Positions 30,600 through 39,328 of a DNA stretch of 64,000 nucleotides are shown here, one piece after another. The notes beneath the pieces were generated by a model, which was not told the DNA's origin, ran no database searches, and was given only the letters and a program-made list of their open reading frames with translations. Origin of the DNA: Thermoproteota archaeon (lineage in GTDB: Archaea > Korarchaeota > JAOZGF01 > JAOZFZ01); assembly GCA_027492035.1 (NCBI GenBank), contig JAOZFT010000004.1, positions 113,929 through 177,928 of the forward strand, given 5' to 3'. Every line of letters starts with the position of its first letter. Positions within the stretch are counted from its first letter, which is position 1. A program made the translations under genes and the position numbers.

Positions 30600-30764
30600 G
30601 TTTGGGCAATATTTTCTTTAACTTTAAAATGAACAAGTCTTTTAAATGTTTTTCTGAAAAGGAGATATGAAAAGAAAGGAATTTTTACCTAGAATGAACT
30701 TTAAAGAGGTGAATAAACTGGGTTATTATTTAATCTTTCCACTTTTTTAAGGTGTTTGTTCAAT

Positions 30765-31031
30765 TTAAAGGGCTCTTGATACATTCTCTATATAAACTGA
30801 ACTCACGTGGTCTATGGCAACAAGCCTTTCTTCGATTTTGTTCATTAGTTCATGTTTTTCTTCAACCAAAAGAATTAATTCAATTGTGTTGAGGCCAAAA
30901 GCTAATGGTTTAAACTGGATCTTGTTTATTACTCCTAGTTTAGAGGCCACTCCTTTAACTTCCTCCTTTAATTTACCCATGTCAACTTCTGCAGAATCTG
31001 GTGTAACCCTTACTTTCACCAAAACAGACAT
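30765..31031 (-). CDS. ef1b: Elongation factor 1-beta
   Basis: 88 aa; MSVLVKVRV...VEEKHEL...VSSVYIEN pattern of archaeal aEF-1beta. Confidence 0.8.
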   Translation of the reverse strand: MSVLVKVRVTPDSAEVDMGKLKEEVKGVASKLGVINKIQFKPLAFGLNTIELILLVEEKHELMNKIEERLVAIDHVSSVYIENVSRAL

Positions 31032-31040
31032 TTTTTCACC

Positions 31041-31217
31041 TCAAGGACCTTCAAATCCACAGTTCGGACATTTATATTCATTGCCAAATTTTCTGCATAC
31101 CTCACAACGGAAAATTTCAACTTTTTCACAATTGGGACATTTAAAGGAAACAGCACCTGTCCCTGCCACAATTTTTTTCCCGCAACTGGTGCATACATGG
31201 AATAATTTGCTTTCCAT
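31041..31217 (-). CDS. Zn-ribbon protein (58 aa), the small protein usually found upstream of aEF-1beta
   Basis: MESKLFHVCTSCGKKIVAGTGAVSFKCPNCEKVEIFRCEVCRKFGNEYKCPNCGFEGP with four CxxC pairs. ORF track lists a different frame (31016-31198), which I consider wrong. Confidence 0.7.
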   Translation of the reverse strand: MESKLFHVCTSCGKKIVAGTGAVSFKCPNCEKVEIFRCEVCRKFGNEYKCPNCGFEGP

Positions 31218-31222
31218 TTTTT

Positions 31223-32350
31223 TTAACCCCTGAGCAGTTTCCTCACTTCCTCTGAGACAGTAATTAGGTAAGTTTTACCAAGTCTCTCCTTCTTTAAAAT
31301 GTTTCTCATAACAAGTTCAGAAATTACCCTACTTGTTGTGGGCTTTGTTAACCCTACAATTGAGGCCAGGTCATCCTGCGTTATTTTTCCCTTTCTCATA
31401 ACTGCTTTAAAAATTTCTCTTTCATCGTATGTTAAAAATGTATTTAAAAAGTTTTTGATCGGCTGAATTTTCTTTTGTTTCAGAAAGGAAGTAAGAAATA
31501 CAAAGGCTATAAGTGCACCTATGGAAAGGCCTAAAAACAGTCTGTAATCTATAAATTCAGAAATTACTGTTAATAAAGGTTCGAAGTTGGTTTTGTTTTC
31601 CGGAGAGACATAGGAACTGTTCATTGAAACAAGATACGTTTTTTTACCCAATTCTTCAACTTCCTTAAGTACTTTATTGGATAAGTTTGTGTCAAGAATG
31701 TATATTTCCTTTACTTCAGTGAGATAGTTAAGAATTACTCTTACAGTGCTCTCAGGTAGTTCATCTTTTTTTATGTAAAGGACAGGAGTCCCTTTCTCCA
31801 TTGAAATAGATAATGCAGCAAAAGCAGCAGTTGGGTTATAACCATCAACCAAAACTACAGCTTTGGTTTTTTCTTTACTCCACAGCCTAGCTGCAACTTC
31901 AGCTGAAGTTTCAATCCTTGTTGTGCCCCAAATTCTTTCCACAGAAAACCCCATCTTTTTTAGCTCTAACTCGGTAGATTTAGGTATAGCTAACTCCTCT
32001 CCAAGAATTAAAATGTTCTTTCTTCCTATTAAACATAAACCTGAAAGTAAAGCTTTAGTTATTTCATCTATCCCCCCTTTTTTAGCCACCATCAAAACAG
32101 GAATATTTACTTCATTAGCATAAGATTCTGCAATAACCCAGTCAGCAGGAATGTCACCCCTGACAAGGATTGCTGAGTAACTACTTTCTTGGGCAAACAT
32201 ATTTAGGGTTGAAAAAAGGATAGGAATAAGAAGTAATGTAAGAAGGAAAGTTGTTTTTGGTATTTCCTTTTGGAACTTGTTAAGCACCCTAAGAACCTCC
32301 TCTCTTCTTAAAACTTTTTGGAAGACATAGGTGAAAAGGGAGAAATACAT
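31223..32350 (-). CDS. Membrane-anchored protein with extracellular repeat domain and C-terminal winged-helix domain
   Basis: N-terminal hydrophobic segment, soluble region, second TM (LGLSIGALIAFVFLTSFL), then HTH-like tail ITQDDLASIVGLTKPTTSRVISEL. Confidence 0.4.
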   Translation of the reverse strand: MYFSLFTYVFQKVLRREEVLRVLNKFQKEIPKTTFLLTLLLIPILFSTLNMFAQESSYSAILVRGDIPADWVIAESYANEVNIPVLMVAKKGGIDEITKALLSGLCLIGRKNILILGEELAIPKSTELELKKMGFSVERIWGTTRIETSAEVAARLWSKEKTKAVVLVDGYNPTAAFAALSISMEKGTPVLYIKKDELPESTVRVILNYLTEVKEIYILDTNLSNKVLKEVEELGKKTYLVSMNSSYVSPENKTNFEPLLTVISEFIDYRLFLGLSIGALIAFVFLTSFLKQKKIQPIKNFLNTFLTYDEREIFKAVMRKGKITQDDLASIVGLTKPTTSRVISELVMRNILKKERLGKTYLITVSEEVRKLLRG

Positions 32351-32439
32351 AGAATAAAAGATTTTAAAAAGACAGTTTTAAAAGTATACCTTTTAAAGCC
32401 TTTCTTTTTCGTTTCAGAAATTTCTGGTTAGAAAATAAT

Positions 32440-32526
32440 GGGCCCGTGGCCTAACATGGATAAGGCGTCGGCCTGCGGTTTTTAGAAGAAAGCCGGAGGA
32501 TGCGGGTTCAAATCCCGCCGGGCCCG
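32440..32526 (+). tRNA. tRNA-Arg(GCG) with 12-nt anticodon-loop intron
   Basis: Acceptor GGGCCCG/CGGGCCC, D-arm GCCU-AACAUGGAUA-AGGC, anticodon stem UCGGC/GCCGG with loop CUGCGG + intron UUUUUAGAAGAA, T-arm GCGGG-UUCAAAU-CCCGC. Confidence 0.75.
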
Positions 32527-32829
32527 TTTTTTACATACCTTGAACTAAGTTAAAGATGGATCTTGAAAAGTAAAGCGTGAAAAAAGGGAAAAATGAACCT
32601 TGCAAGTTACAGCTTTTAAAAAGATGAAAGTGCCAATTCTTTGAGGAGAATATTTCTAGAATTTTATTTTTAATAACCTTTTAGAGCCTAAAATAGAAGA
32701 GAAATATGCGGTATTCGTAAAAAAGATGGTTGGTGATTTAGTCTGAAAGTACTTTTTCTAGGTAGTTATTTCCCTAAACCAGCAGGTGCAGAGGTTTACT
32801 GCTTTGAGTTAAATAGGGAATTTTTAAGC

Positions 32830-33852
32830 ATGGGAATCAAAACAGAAGTAATAACTTACAGCTACGCTAAAGGTGTGTATGGCGAGAAAGTAACTAGGTT
32901 GAAAACTTTAAATTACCCTTTCCTGCGCGGTTTCTCATTTATCATGTCCAGTTTTTCACATTTATTAAGAAGAAAAGATTTAGAGGTGAGAGATGCCGTT
33001 GTTAATGCACATTTTGCTCTTACATCTGGTTTTTCAGCATCCCTAGCTAGGTTTTTTAGGGATTTCCCTCTATTGACAACATGTCACGGCTCTGATATTT
33101 ATTTAGCGAGGAACGACATTAAATACCGGCGAGTTATGTCATTAGCTTTTCAGAGAACGGATAAAGTGATTACAGTAAGTAATTTCTTGAGGAAAGAAAT
33201 AACAAAAATGAAATTAACTAAGAAGAAACCTTTAGTGATCCATGGAGGGGTTAATAGGGAAAGGTTCAATGAAAAGATTTCTAGGAAGGAATCTAAACAT
33301 AGACTTAAGCTTAATTTAAATAGGGAATACTTGCTTTTTATAGGAGGCTCGAGAGAAATAAAGGGGCTGAAGTTTTTGTTAGAAGCCTTTAACAGAATTA
33401 TTTACAAGTATCCGAAAATTGATCTTTTAATAGTGGGGAGGATAAGGAAAGACAAATTAGTAAAGAGTCACAAAGAGAGAATTAAGGTTTTAGGAGTGCA
33501 ACCCTATGAAAACATGCCCTATGTTTTTCGAAGTTCAAAAGCATATATCTCTGCTTCTTTATTTGAAGGTTTCGGGTTATCTGTGTTAGAGGCTTTAGCT
33601 TCTGGAGTACCTGTAGTTTCAACAAAGGTTGGAGGAGTTATGGAAGTTACTGGAAGCAAAACTGCTCTACTTATTCCCCCCAGAGATTCTGCGGCGATAT
33701 ACGACGCCTGTGACGAAATAATTTCAAATAAAGATTTAAGAAAAGAATTAATTGAGAAGGGTGTGGAGAGATCTAAACAGTTCCCTTGGAGCAAAACAGC
33801 AAACGAAACTTTGAAGACAATGGAGGAAATATTGAGGGATGGAAGAAGTTAA
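32830..33852 (+). CDS. Glycosyltransferase, family 4; conserved N-terminus extends upstream to about 32743 without a canonical start
   Basis: EALASGVPVVSTKVGG GT4 motif. In-frame upstream region encodes KVLFLGSYFPKPAGAEVYCFELNREFLS with no ATG/GTG/TTG; a CTG at 32743 would give MKVLFLG. Confidence 0.7.
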   Translation: MGIKTEVITYSYAKGVYGEKVTRLKTLNYPFLRGFSFIMSSFSHLLRRKDLEVRDAVVNAHFALTSGFSASLARFFRDFPLLTTCHGSDIYLARNDIKYRRVMSLAFQRTDKVITVSNFLRKEITKMKLTKKKPLVIHGGVNRERFNEKISRKESKHRLKLNLNREYLLFIGGSREIKGLKFLLEAFNRIIYKYPKIDLLIVGRIRKDKLVKSHKERIKVLGVQPYENMPYVFRSSKAYISASLFEGFGLSVLEALASGVPVVSTKVGGVMEVTGSKTALLIPPRDSAAIYDACDEIISNKDLRKELIEKGVERSKQFPWSKTANETLKTMEEILRDGRS

Positions 33853-34210
33853 ACAGGTAATAGTGTTAAGAACAGACTTAGAAATTAGTGCCGGAAAATT
33901 AATTGTCCAAGCTTGCCATGCTTCATGCTCTTCTTTACTAAAAGCCGAAAAAACTGAGATAATTGACAAATGGGTAAGGGAAGGAAGTAAAAAAGTTATT
34001 TTGCAGGTGAAAAGCGAAGAAGAACTTAAAAAACTTTACTTTAAAGCCTTAAGATTAGGCTTACCATGTTATTTAGTACAAGATGCAGGACTAACTGAGT
34101 TGAAGCCTGGAACCATCACGGCTCTTGGAATAGGTCCAGAGTCTTCATCATTGATAGATAAGGTTACTGGCTCCATTCCCTTGCTTAAGGGGGAAATAGC
34201 CTTTGTTTAA
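33839..34210 (+). CDS. pth2: Peptidyl-tRNA hydrolase, archaeal Pth2 type
   Basis: VLRTDLEISAGKLIVQACHAS and LVQDAGLTELKPGTITALGIGP motifs. Confidence 0.85.
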   Translation: MEEVKQVIVLRTDLEISAGKLIVQACHASCSSLLKAEKTEIIDKWVREGSKKVILQVKSEEELKKLYFKALRLGLPCYLVQDAGLTELKPGTITALGIGPESSSLIDKVTGSIPLLKGEIAFV

Positions 34211-35408
34211 CGAATTACTAGGAAAGATAGGTATAAGATTTCGTAATTTTAGTATGAGTAAATTTAACGGTTCAATAAGGACATTGCCTGAAGACTTTGT
34301 TGTAGTAGAGGTAATGGAGAACATTGATTCATTAAGTAATACCAGCAAGTTTTTCTTACACTGCCTGCTCAAGAAAGAGGGAATTGATACATTTTCAGCC
34401 TTCCAAGCAATGTCGAGAAGGTTAAGAGTGAGAATTAGTGAGGTGGGGTTCTCTGGAACAAAGGACAAGAAAGCAATTACTTTTCAGAGAGTAAGTTTAC
34501 CCAGCAGAGTCAACATCACCGCCTCTTTAACCTTATTACAAGGAAAAATCAAACTGTATCCCCTAGGTTTTTATAAAATTAGGCTTTACCTAGGGATGCA
34601 TAAGGGAAATTACTTTAAAATAAGAATCAGAGGTTTATCTGGCGTTTCTTACTGGGAAAAAACATTAAAAGAAATTGAGGGTAAGGGTGATGAGATCTAC
34701 TTCCCAAATTTTTTCGGTAGCCAAAGATTTGGAGAAAGAGCACCTTTTAACCACGAGATAGGGAGATTAATTGTTAAAAAGAAATTCAAGGAAGCTGCCT
34801 TGCTTATAGCATCAAAATCACCATTTAAGGAACACTCTAATAATTTTGAAGCTACATATGAAGAGAAAGTGAAAAAGTATTTAGAAAACAACCCCACTAA
34901 TTACTTGAATGCCTTAAAAAGGGTTCCTTTGTTCATATTAAAATTTTTTGTGGCTGCTTACCAATCATATCTCTTTAATTTGCTTCTTTCAAAGAGAATT
35001 GAAATGAGCTACCCCTACAACAGGCCATTAATAGGCGACTTGGTTTTCTCGAAAAAAAAGAACTCATTTCTTTTTTATTCACCCGCTCAAACAGTAAATG
35101 AAACTGAAAAAGGTAATTATGACGTTTATTTGCCTTTACCTGGTTATATGTTGAAATTTCGCAGCGGGAAAAGTTGGAAACTATTAAAAGAAATTTTTCA
35201 AGAAGAGGAAATTTCCCCAGAAGATTTCTTTGTAAAACAGATCCCTCAAATCAGTGCAGCAGGAGGATTTAGGCCATCAAGTTCTGGTGCAAAAAATTTC
35301 CATTACAAGCTAGACAAAGAGCAGAGAAGGGTCATTTTGAATTTTTTCTTACCTAAAGGGAGTTACGCAACAGTGTTTCTTAAATTCTTCATGACAGGCA
35401 ATTTTTAG
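34203..35408 (+). CDS. truD: tRNA pseudouridine(13) synthase TruD
   Basis: PEDFVVVEV and FFGSQRFG motifs; about 400 aa. Confidence 0.8.
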   Translation: MFNELLGKIGIRFRNFSMSKFNGSIRTLPEDFVVVEVMENIDSLSNTSKFFLHCLLKKEGIDTFSAFQAMSRRLRVRISEVGFSGTKDKKAITFQRVSLPSRVNITASLTLLQGKIKLYPLGFYKIRLYLGMHKGNYFKIRIRGLSGVSYWEKTLKEIEGKGDEIYFPNFFGSQRFGERAPFNHEIGRLIVKKKFKEAALLIASKSPFKEHSNNFEATYEEKVKKYLENNPTNYLNALKRVPLFILKFFVAAYQSYLFNLLLSKRIEMSYPYNRPLIGDLVFSKKKNSFLFYSPAQTVNETEKGNYDVYLPLPGYMLKFRSGKSWKLLKEIFQEEEISPEDFFVKQIPQISAAGGFRPSSSGAKNFHYKLDKEQRRVILNFFLPKGSYATVFLKFFMTGNF

Positions 35409-35421
35409 CTGTTAACAGGGG

Positions 35422-35970
35422 TCAGGGGGATAATTCAACATAGCTTACTCCAGTAATTTCTTTTATTAAGTCTTCATAAACTTCTTTCTCTTTTTTTATT
35501 TTGTTAAAATCTCTTTTGTCAATCTTAATTGTTAGAACTACAAAGTCGCCCGGGTAATATACGGTGTTAAAGTTTATGATGGGTATGGGTAAAAGTTCCC
35601 TAATCATTTCATTTTCATCTTTCGAGTACTCTAAAACTCTTATTTTGCGATTCAATGTTTTTTCCAGTTTCTTAATAAGTTTAAAACCCCCATGTGAGAA
35701 GAAATCCCCCAAGCTTCCCTTACCAAAAATTAAAACAAGTAAACCGTTTTTTTCAATCGATTTTTCGAAAGAAAGGTTATTGATCCCTGTTTCTTTCCCA
35801 AAAAAGTTTAAGATTTCTTTGCAGACTATTAAATCTGTGGTGGAGTATTTACCGCTTTCTATTTTCTGTTCACAGACACCGCAAAGCACGCCTGTTTTTA
35901 TACATGTCTTGCAAAAGGGAAGCTTAATTTGTTTCAAAACAGGAACCTCCTTAACCCTCCTTCTTTCCAC
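35422..35970 (-). CDS. Protein with N-terminal C4 zinc ribbon, unknown function
   Basis: CKTCIKTGVLCGVCEQ near the N-terminus; remainder possibly KH-like; no confident family. Confidence 0.3.
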   Translation of the reverse strand: MERRRVKEVPVLKQIKLPFCKTCIKTGVLCGVCEQKIESGKYSTTDLIVCKEILNFFGKETGINNLSFEKSIEKNGLLVLIFGKGSLGDFFSHGGFKLIKKLEKTLNRKIRVLEYSKDENEMIRELLPIPIINFNTVYYPGDFVVLTIKIDKRDFNKIKKEKEVYEDLIKEITGVSYVELSP

Positions 35971-36241
35971 CAGCCCTTTTTCTTTTCCTTCCTTTATTTT
36001 TTACCTGTACTTCTTCATTACCTTCTTTATTTCCCAAACCTTCTTTTGTTAGAAGGCTGAAAAATCTGTAGCCCCCATGCATTGTTTCTTTTACTACTTC
36101 CTTCTCTTTAAGAGCTTCTAAGGCTTTAATTATCTGCTCAGGTTCTCCCGGCACTCTTTGAATTATTTTTCTTAAATGAATAACCTTCTTTTTCTTAATT
36201 AAGGAAACAAGTATTTGCTCAAGATCCTCTTGATTAGACAT
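35951..36241 (-). CDS. Small winged-helix protein with basic C-terminal tail
   Basis: 96 aa; helical N-terminal region then KNKGRKRKRAGGKKEG tail. Confidence 0.35.
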   Translation of the reverse strand: MSNQEDLEQILVSLIKKKKVIHLRKIIQRVPGEPEQIIKALEALKEKEVVKETMHGGYRFFSLLTKEGLGNKEGNEEVQVKNKGRKRKRAGGKKEG

Positions 36242-36402
36242 TGCGACACCTGTTCAGAAGGTTGTGAGTATTAAAAATGTGGAGCAAATATATAAAGGTT
36301 TTCACACAGGTGATTGGTAAAGTGAAGAAACGAAAAATTTTTATTGGCATGGAAATAGAACACAAAAGAACTATATTTAAAGTAAAAAGGGGTTGAAAGA
36401 GT

Positions 36403-36567
36403 ATGAGTCGAGTTGAAAGTGAAGATTTATCGGTAGCTTATAGTCATTTATTAAACTATAAAATTTGCAGGAAATGTGGAAGCAGAAATCCCCCAAGAGC
36501 AACTAAGTGTAGGAGATGTAAAAGCAAAAATTTAAGGATGAAAAAGAGATATGTTAAGAAGAAGTAA
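36403..36567 (+). CDS. rpl40e: Ribosomal protein L40e
   Basis: MSRVESEDLSVAYSHLLNYKICRKCGSRNPPRATKCRRCKSKNLRMKKRYVKKK contains the L40e KICRKCGxRN...CRxC zinc-binding core; below ORF-track cut-off. Confidence 0.8.
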   Translation: MSRVESEDLSVAYSHLLNYKICRKCGSRNPPRATKCRRCKSKNLRMKKRYVKKK

Positions 36568-36573
36568 ATTAAA

Positions 36574-36664
36574 TGGGCCGGGTGGGATTCGAACCCACGA
36601 CCTCCGCCTTTTTCCAAGGAACAAAACGTGAAGGCGACGTCATAACCATCTAGACCACCGGCCC
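36574..36664 (-). tRNA. tRNA-Val(CAC) with 17-nt anticodon-loop intron
   Basis: Acceptor GGGCCGG/CCGGCCC, anticodon stem UCGCC/GGCGG with loop UUCACG + intron UUUUGUUCCUUGGAAAA, T-arm GUGGG-UUCGAAU-CCCAC. Confidence 0.7.
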
Positions 36665-36796
36665 ATTAAGGTGGTTCTGAATTTTTGTAAAGAAAAGTTA
36701 AGTTACAATTTAAAAGCTTTTTTAGTTGGAATATAAATATAGTATTTTTTTACCTTTAATTTTGGGTTAAGAACTTGTTCGGGGCTGATTAATAAA

Positions 36797-37093
36797 ATGG
36801 AGATATATGCACATAAACTGAAAGATAAACCTATACTTAGTGATCTAGGCTATGAAATAGGATATATTAGGGATTTAATATTGGATGAAAGAACTGGCAA
36901 GGTTTTATTTTATCTCTGCATTCCTCCTGACGTTGAATTGGCAGAGATGCCGGAAACTGTAAGGAATTTGCCTAAAGACAAAGAGGGAAGAATTTTAGTA
37001 CCAGCCCACTCCGTAAAAAGTATAGGCACAGTTGTTGTAGCTCAGGATAGGCTGTTAAAGCTTTTCATCATGAAACAAAGCAGAAAAATTTAA
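36797..37093 (+). CDS. PRC-barrel domain protein
   Basis: 98 aa; LKDKPILSDLGYEIGYIRDLILDERTGKV fits the PRC-barrel fold pattern. Confidence 0.6.
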   Translation: MEIYAHKLKDKPILSDLGYEIGYIRDLILDERTGKVLFYLCIPPDVELAEMPETVRNLPKDKEGRILVPAHSVKSIGTVVVAQDRLLKLFIMKQSRKI

Positions 37094-37144
37094 TTAAATT
37101 TAGTATTTATAATATTTTCTTTATATACAGAGGAAACAGTAAAG

Positions 37145-37912
37145 ATGAATAGAAAACTTGAAGCTCAGTATTGTGAGGAAGAGGGAGCAATAATTAAATA
37201 TTTAGCGAAGATTCCTAGATCAAAAAATTCTTTTGTAGTGATGGGAGTGCCAAGTTTATTTGATCTTGGAGCCAACACTGTCCGCTTCTTAGTTGACACC
37301 TTTGAAGCTGAAGAAGTAGCTGAGATATATTTTCACGGTTTTGCTAGTTTTGTCTCGGTTATGCCAGACGGCACTGTTTTCATTCCCCACATGAACCTTT
37401 ACCACAAGGAAATGAATGGAAACAAGCATCTCTTCTTCTTGTTTGGGAGTGGAGTGCTAGAAAACCAGGATTTCTATGATTTCTCAAAAGTTATTTTAAA
37501 ACTTTTAAAAGAAATAAAACCGAAATTAACAATTGTACTAGGAGGCGTAAAAGGTTTAACCACAAAAATGGAAATTTCAGGAGCTGCTTCAGATAAAGGA
37601 TCTTTCCGTTTGCTTACCCAAAAAAATGTGAAACCAATGAAGGGAAGATTTGCAGGGGTGGAGGGACATATTTTAACTTTGTCAGGTGAAGAAAAGATAA
37701 ACTCCATTGTTTTATCCTTAAATTACCAGCCTGATAGAGAAATAGAAGCAATGAAAAAATTAATCTCAACTTTAACTGAATTCATCGGAGTAGAAATTAA
37801 TTTAAGGAAGTTAGATGAGTTAGGTAGAAAAGCTAAGGATATGAGTGAGAAATTTTCTGAAATAATAAACCAGGTTTACCTCAAAAAGGAAAGGGGGATG
37901 GAGGTAATTTAA
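37145..37912 (+). CDS. Proteasome assembly chaperone (PAC2) family protein
   Basis: 255 aa with layout resembling archaeal PAC2/PbaA; from memory, moderate. Confidence 0.45.
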   Translation: MNRKLEAQYCEEEGAIIKYLAKIPRSKNSFVVMGVPSLFDLGANTVRFLVDTFEAEEVAEIYFHGFASFVSVMPDGTVFIPHMNLYHKEMNGNKHLFFLFGSGVLENQDFYDFSKVILKLLKEIKPKLTIVLGGVKGLTTKMEISGAASDKGSFRLLTQKNVKPMKGRFAGVEGHILTLSGEEKINSIVLSLNYQPDREIEAMKKLISTLTEFIGVEINLRKLDELGRKAKDMSEKFSEIINQVYLKKERGMEVI

Positions 37913-38325
37913 GACTGATTTCCTTTCACAATTTTTTCATATATTGCTCTCACTCTATCAGCTACAGGCCCTGAGCCTTCAACTCCGTTTTTTGTGACTT
38001 TTATCCTTTTCATCACTAGGATAACTCCTGCTTCTTCATACAATTCAACCATGTTTGGGAACTGCTTTTCCATTTCTTCAGCAATTTTTTTGAGGTCAAT
38101 AGCTCCTTCCTCCCTTAAGATTTCTAGAATGTTGCCGCCAGAAATAAATATTCTGTGATATTTCCGGTCCTTTGTTTTAACATTAGCTAAGCATATACTG
38201 AAAGTGTCGGAGTCATATCCTAGGAGAGTACCAGTATATTCTCCATCTTTAGTTTTAACCGTTACAACTGAATCTAATAGTTTAATTAATTCAGAATTGA
38301 ACCTTCTTTCCGGAATACTACTCAT
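37909..38325 (-). CDS. Sm-like (Lsm) protein with C-terminal extension
   Basis: Sm1/Sm2-like pattern VVTVKTKDGEYTGTLLGYDSDTFSICLANV...RIFISGGNILEI. Confidence 0.5.
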   Translation of the reverse strand: MSSIPERRFNSELIKLLDSVVTVKTKDGEYTGTLLGYDSDTFSICLANVKTKDRKYHRIFISGGNILEILREEGAIDLKKIAEEMEKQFPNMVELYEEAGVILVMKRIKVTKNGVEGSGPVADRVRAIYEKIVKGNQS

Positions 38326-38347
38326 TCAGAATCAATCCTCTCTTTAT

Positions 38348-39328
38348 TTATTCAGCATCTCTAACACCTTCCTCAGTGATTTTAAAAAGTGTTTCTGAGG
38401 AGGGGAGGATGGGGCTGTCAACTATCTTTGCAGCCCTTAAATTTTCTTTTCTTTTAGTTAAGAAGACCCTGGTGGTTACGGTATGTGCAACAATATTTCC
38501 GCCGGCAGGTATTAAGGGATTACCGTAAAAAACGTCGGGTCTAGCGATTACTTGGTTTGTTACAACTACTGCACAATCATAGATATCGCTTAATCTTAAA
38601 AGGTCATGAAGGTGCTTATTAAGTTTCTGTTGCCTTTTCACTAGGCTTTCTCTTCCAGGGAATTCACTCCTGAAATGGGAAACTATTGAGTCAATAATGA
38701 CTAGTTTTATGTTTGAAGAGGTTATGACTTCATCCAGATTTTTAACTAAGAAAAGCTGGTGATCTGTGCTGTAGGCCCTGCCATATATTATATTGGACAA
38801 GGTCTTCTCTGGGTCTAAGTTTAGACTGAGAGCCATTTGTTCGATTCTTTCGGGTCTAAAAGTGCCTTCTGTGTCAATATACACTGCTCCAGCGTTTAAG
38901 CCACCCTTGTCTTGCGGTAGTTGAACAGTGACTGAAAGTTGATGACAAATCTGAGTTTTGCCTGTAGCATATTCTCCAAAGAATTCGGTAATGCCCCTAG
39001 TTTCTATACCCCCTCCTAAAATGTTGTCTAAGTTACTGGAACCAGTGGTTATCTTATAAATTACCCTTCTTTTATCTAGAAGCTCTTTTGCAGTCATAAA
39101 TTGTATTTTCAAAAGAGATTGTGCAGCTTTTATTATTTTTCTCGCTGTTGATTCACCTATTTCCACAGATGCAGCTAGTTCAGCTGCTGTGGCAACAGCT
39201 ATTGATTCAATAGTGGAAAAACCACTTTCCCTAAGTTTATTAGCGATAGCAGGGCCAACTCCCTTTATTTTTTCGATTTCAGAACTTATATTCTCCTCTT
39301 CTTCCTCCAATTTAACCAAGCACCTCAA
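38348..39328 (-). CDS. radA: DNA repair and recombination protein RadA
   Basis: N-terminal HhH region, Walker A GEYATGKTQICHQLSV, Walker B LVIIDSIVSHFR; 326 aa. Confidence 0.95.
   Translation of the reverse strand: MRCLVKLEEEEENISSEIEKIKGVGPAIANKLRESGFSTIESIAVATAAELAASVEIGESTARKIIKAAQSLLKIQFMTAKELLDKRRVIYKITTGSSNLDNILGGGIETRGITEFFGEYATGKTQICHQLSVTVQLPQDKGGLNAGAVYIDTEGTFRPERIEQMALSLNLDPEKTLSNIIYGRAYSTDHQLFLVKNLDEVITSSNIKLVIIDSIVSHFRSEFPGRESLVKRQQKLNKHLHDLLRLSDIYDCAVVVTNQVIARPDVFYGNPLIPAGGNIVAHTVTTRVFLTKRKENLRAAKIVDSPILPSSETLFKITEEGVRDAE

Noticed and set aside
31016-31198. ORF-track ORF 31016-31198 (MYAPVAGKKLWQ...)
   Set aside because: A different frame of the same region (31041-31217) encodes a classic four-CxxC Zn-ribbon protein; the listed frame is an artifact.
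36403-36630. Longer reading of the L40e frame running into the tRNA-Val gene
   Set aside because: Recounting against the printed sequence gives an in-frame TAA at 36565-36567; the extension came from a transcription slip.
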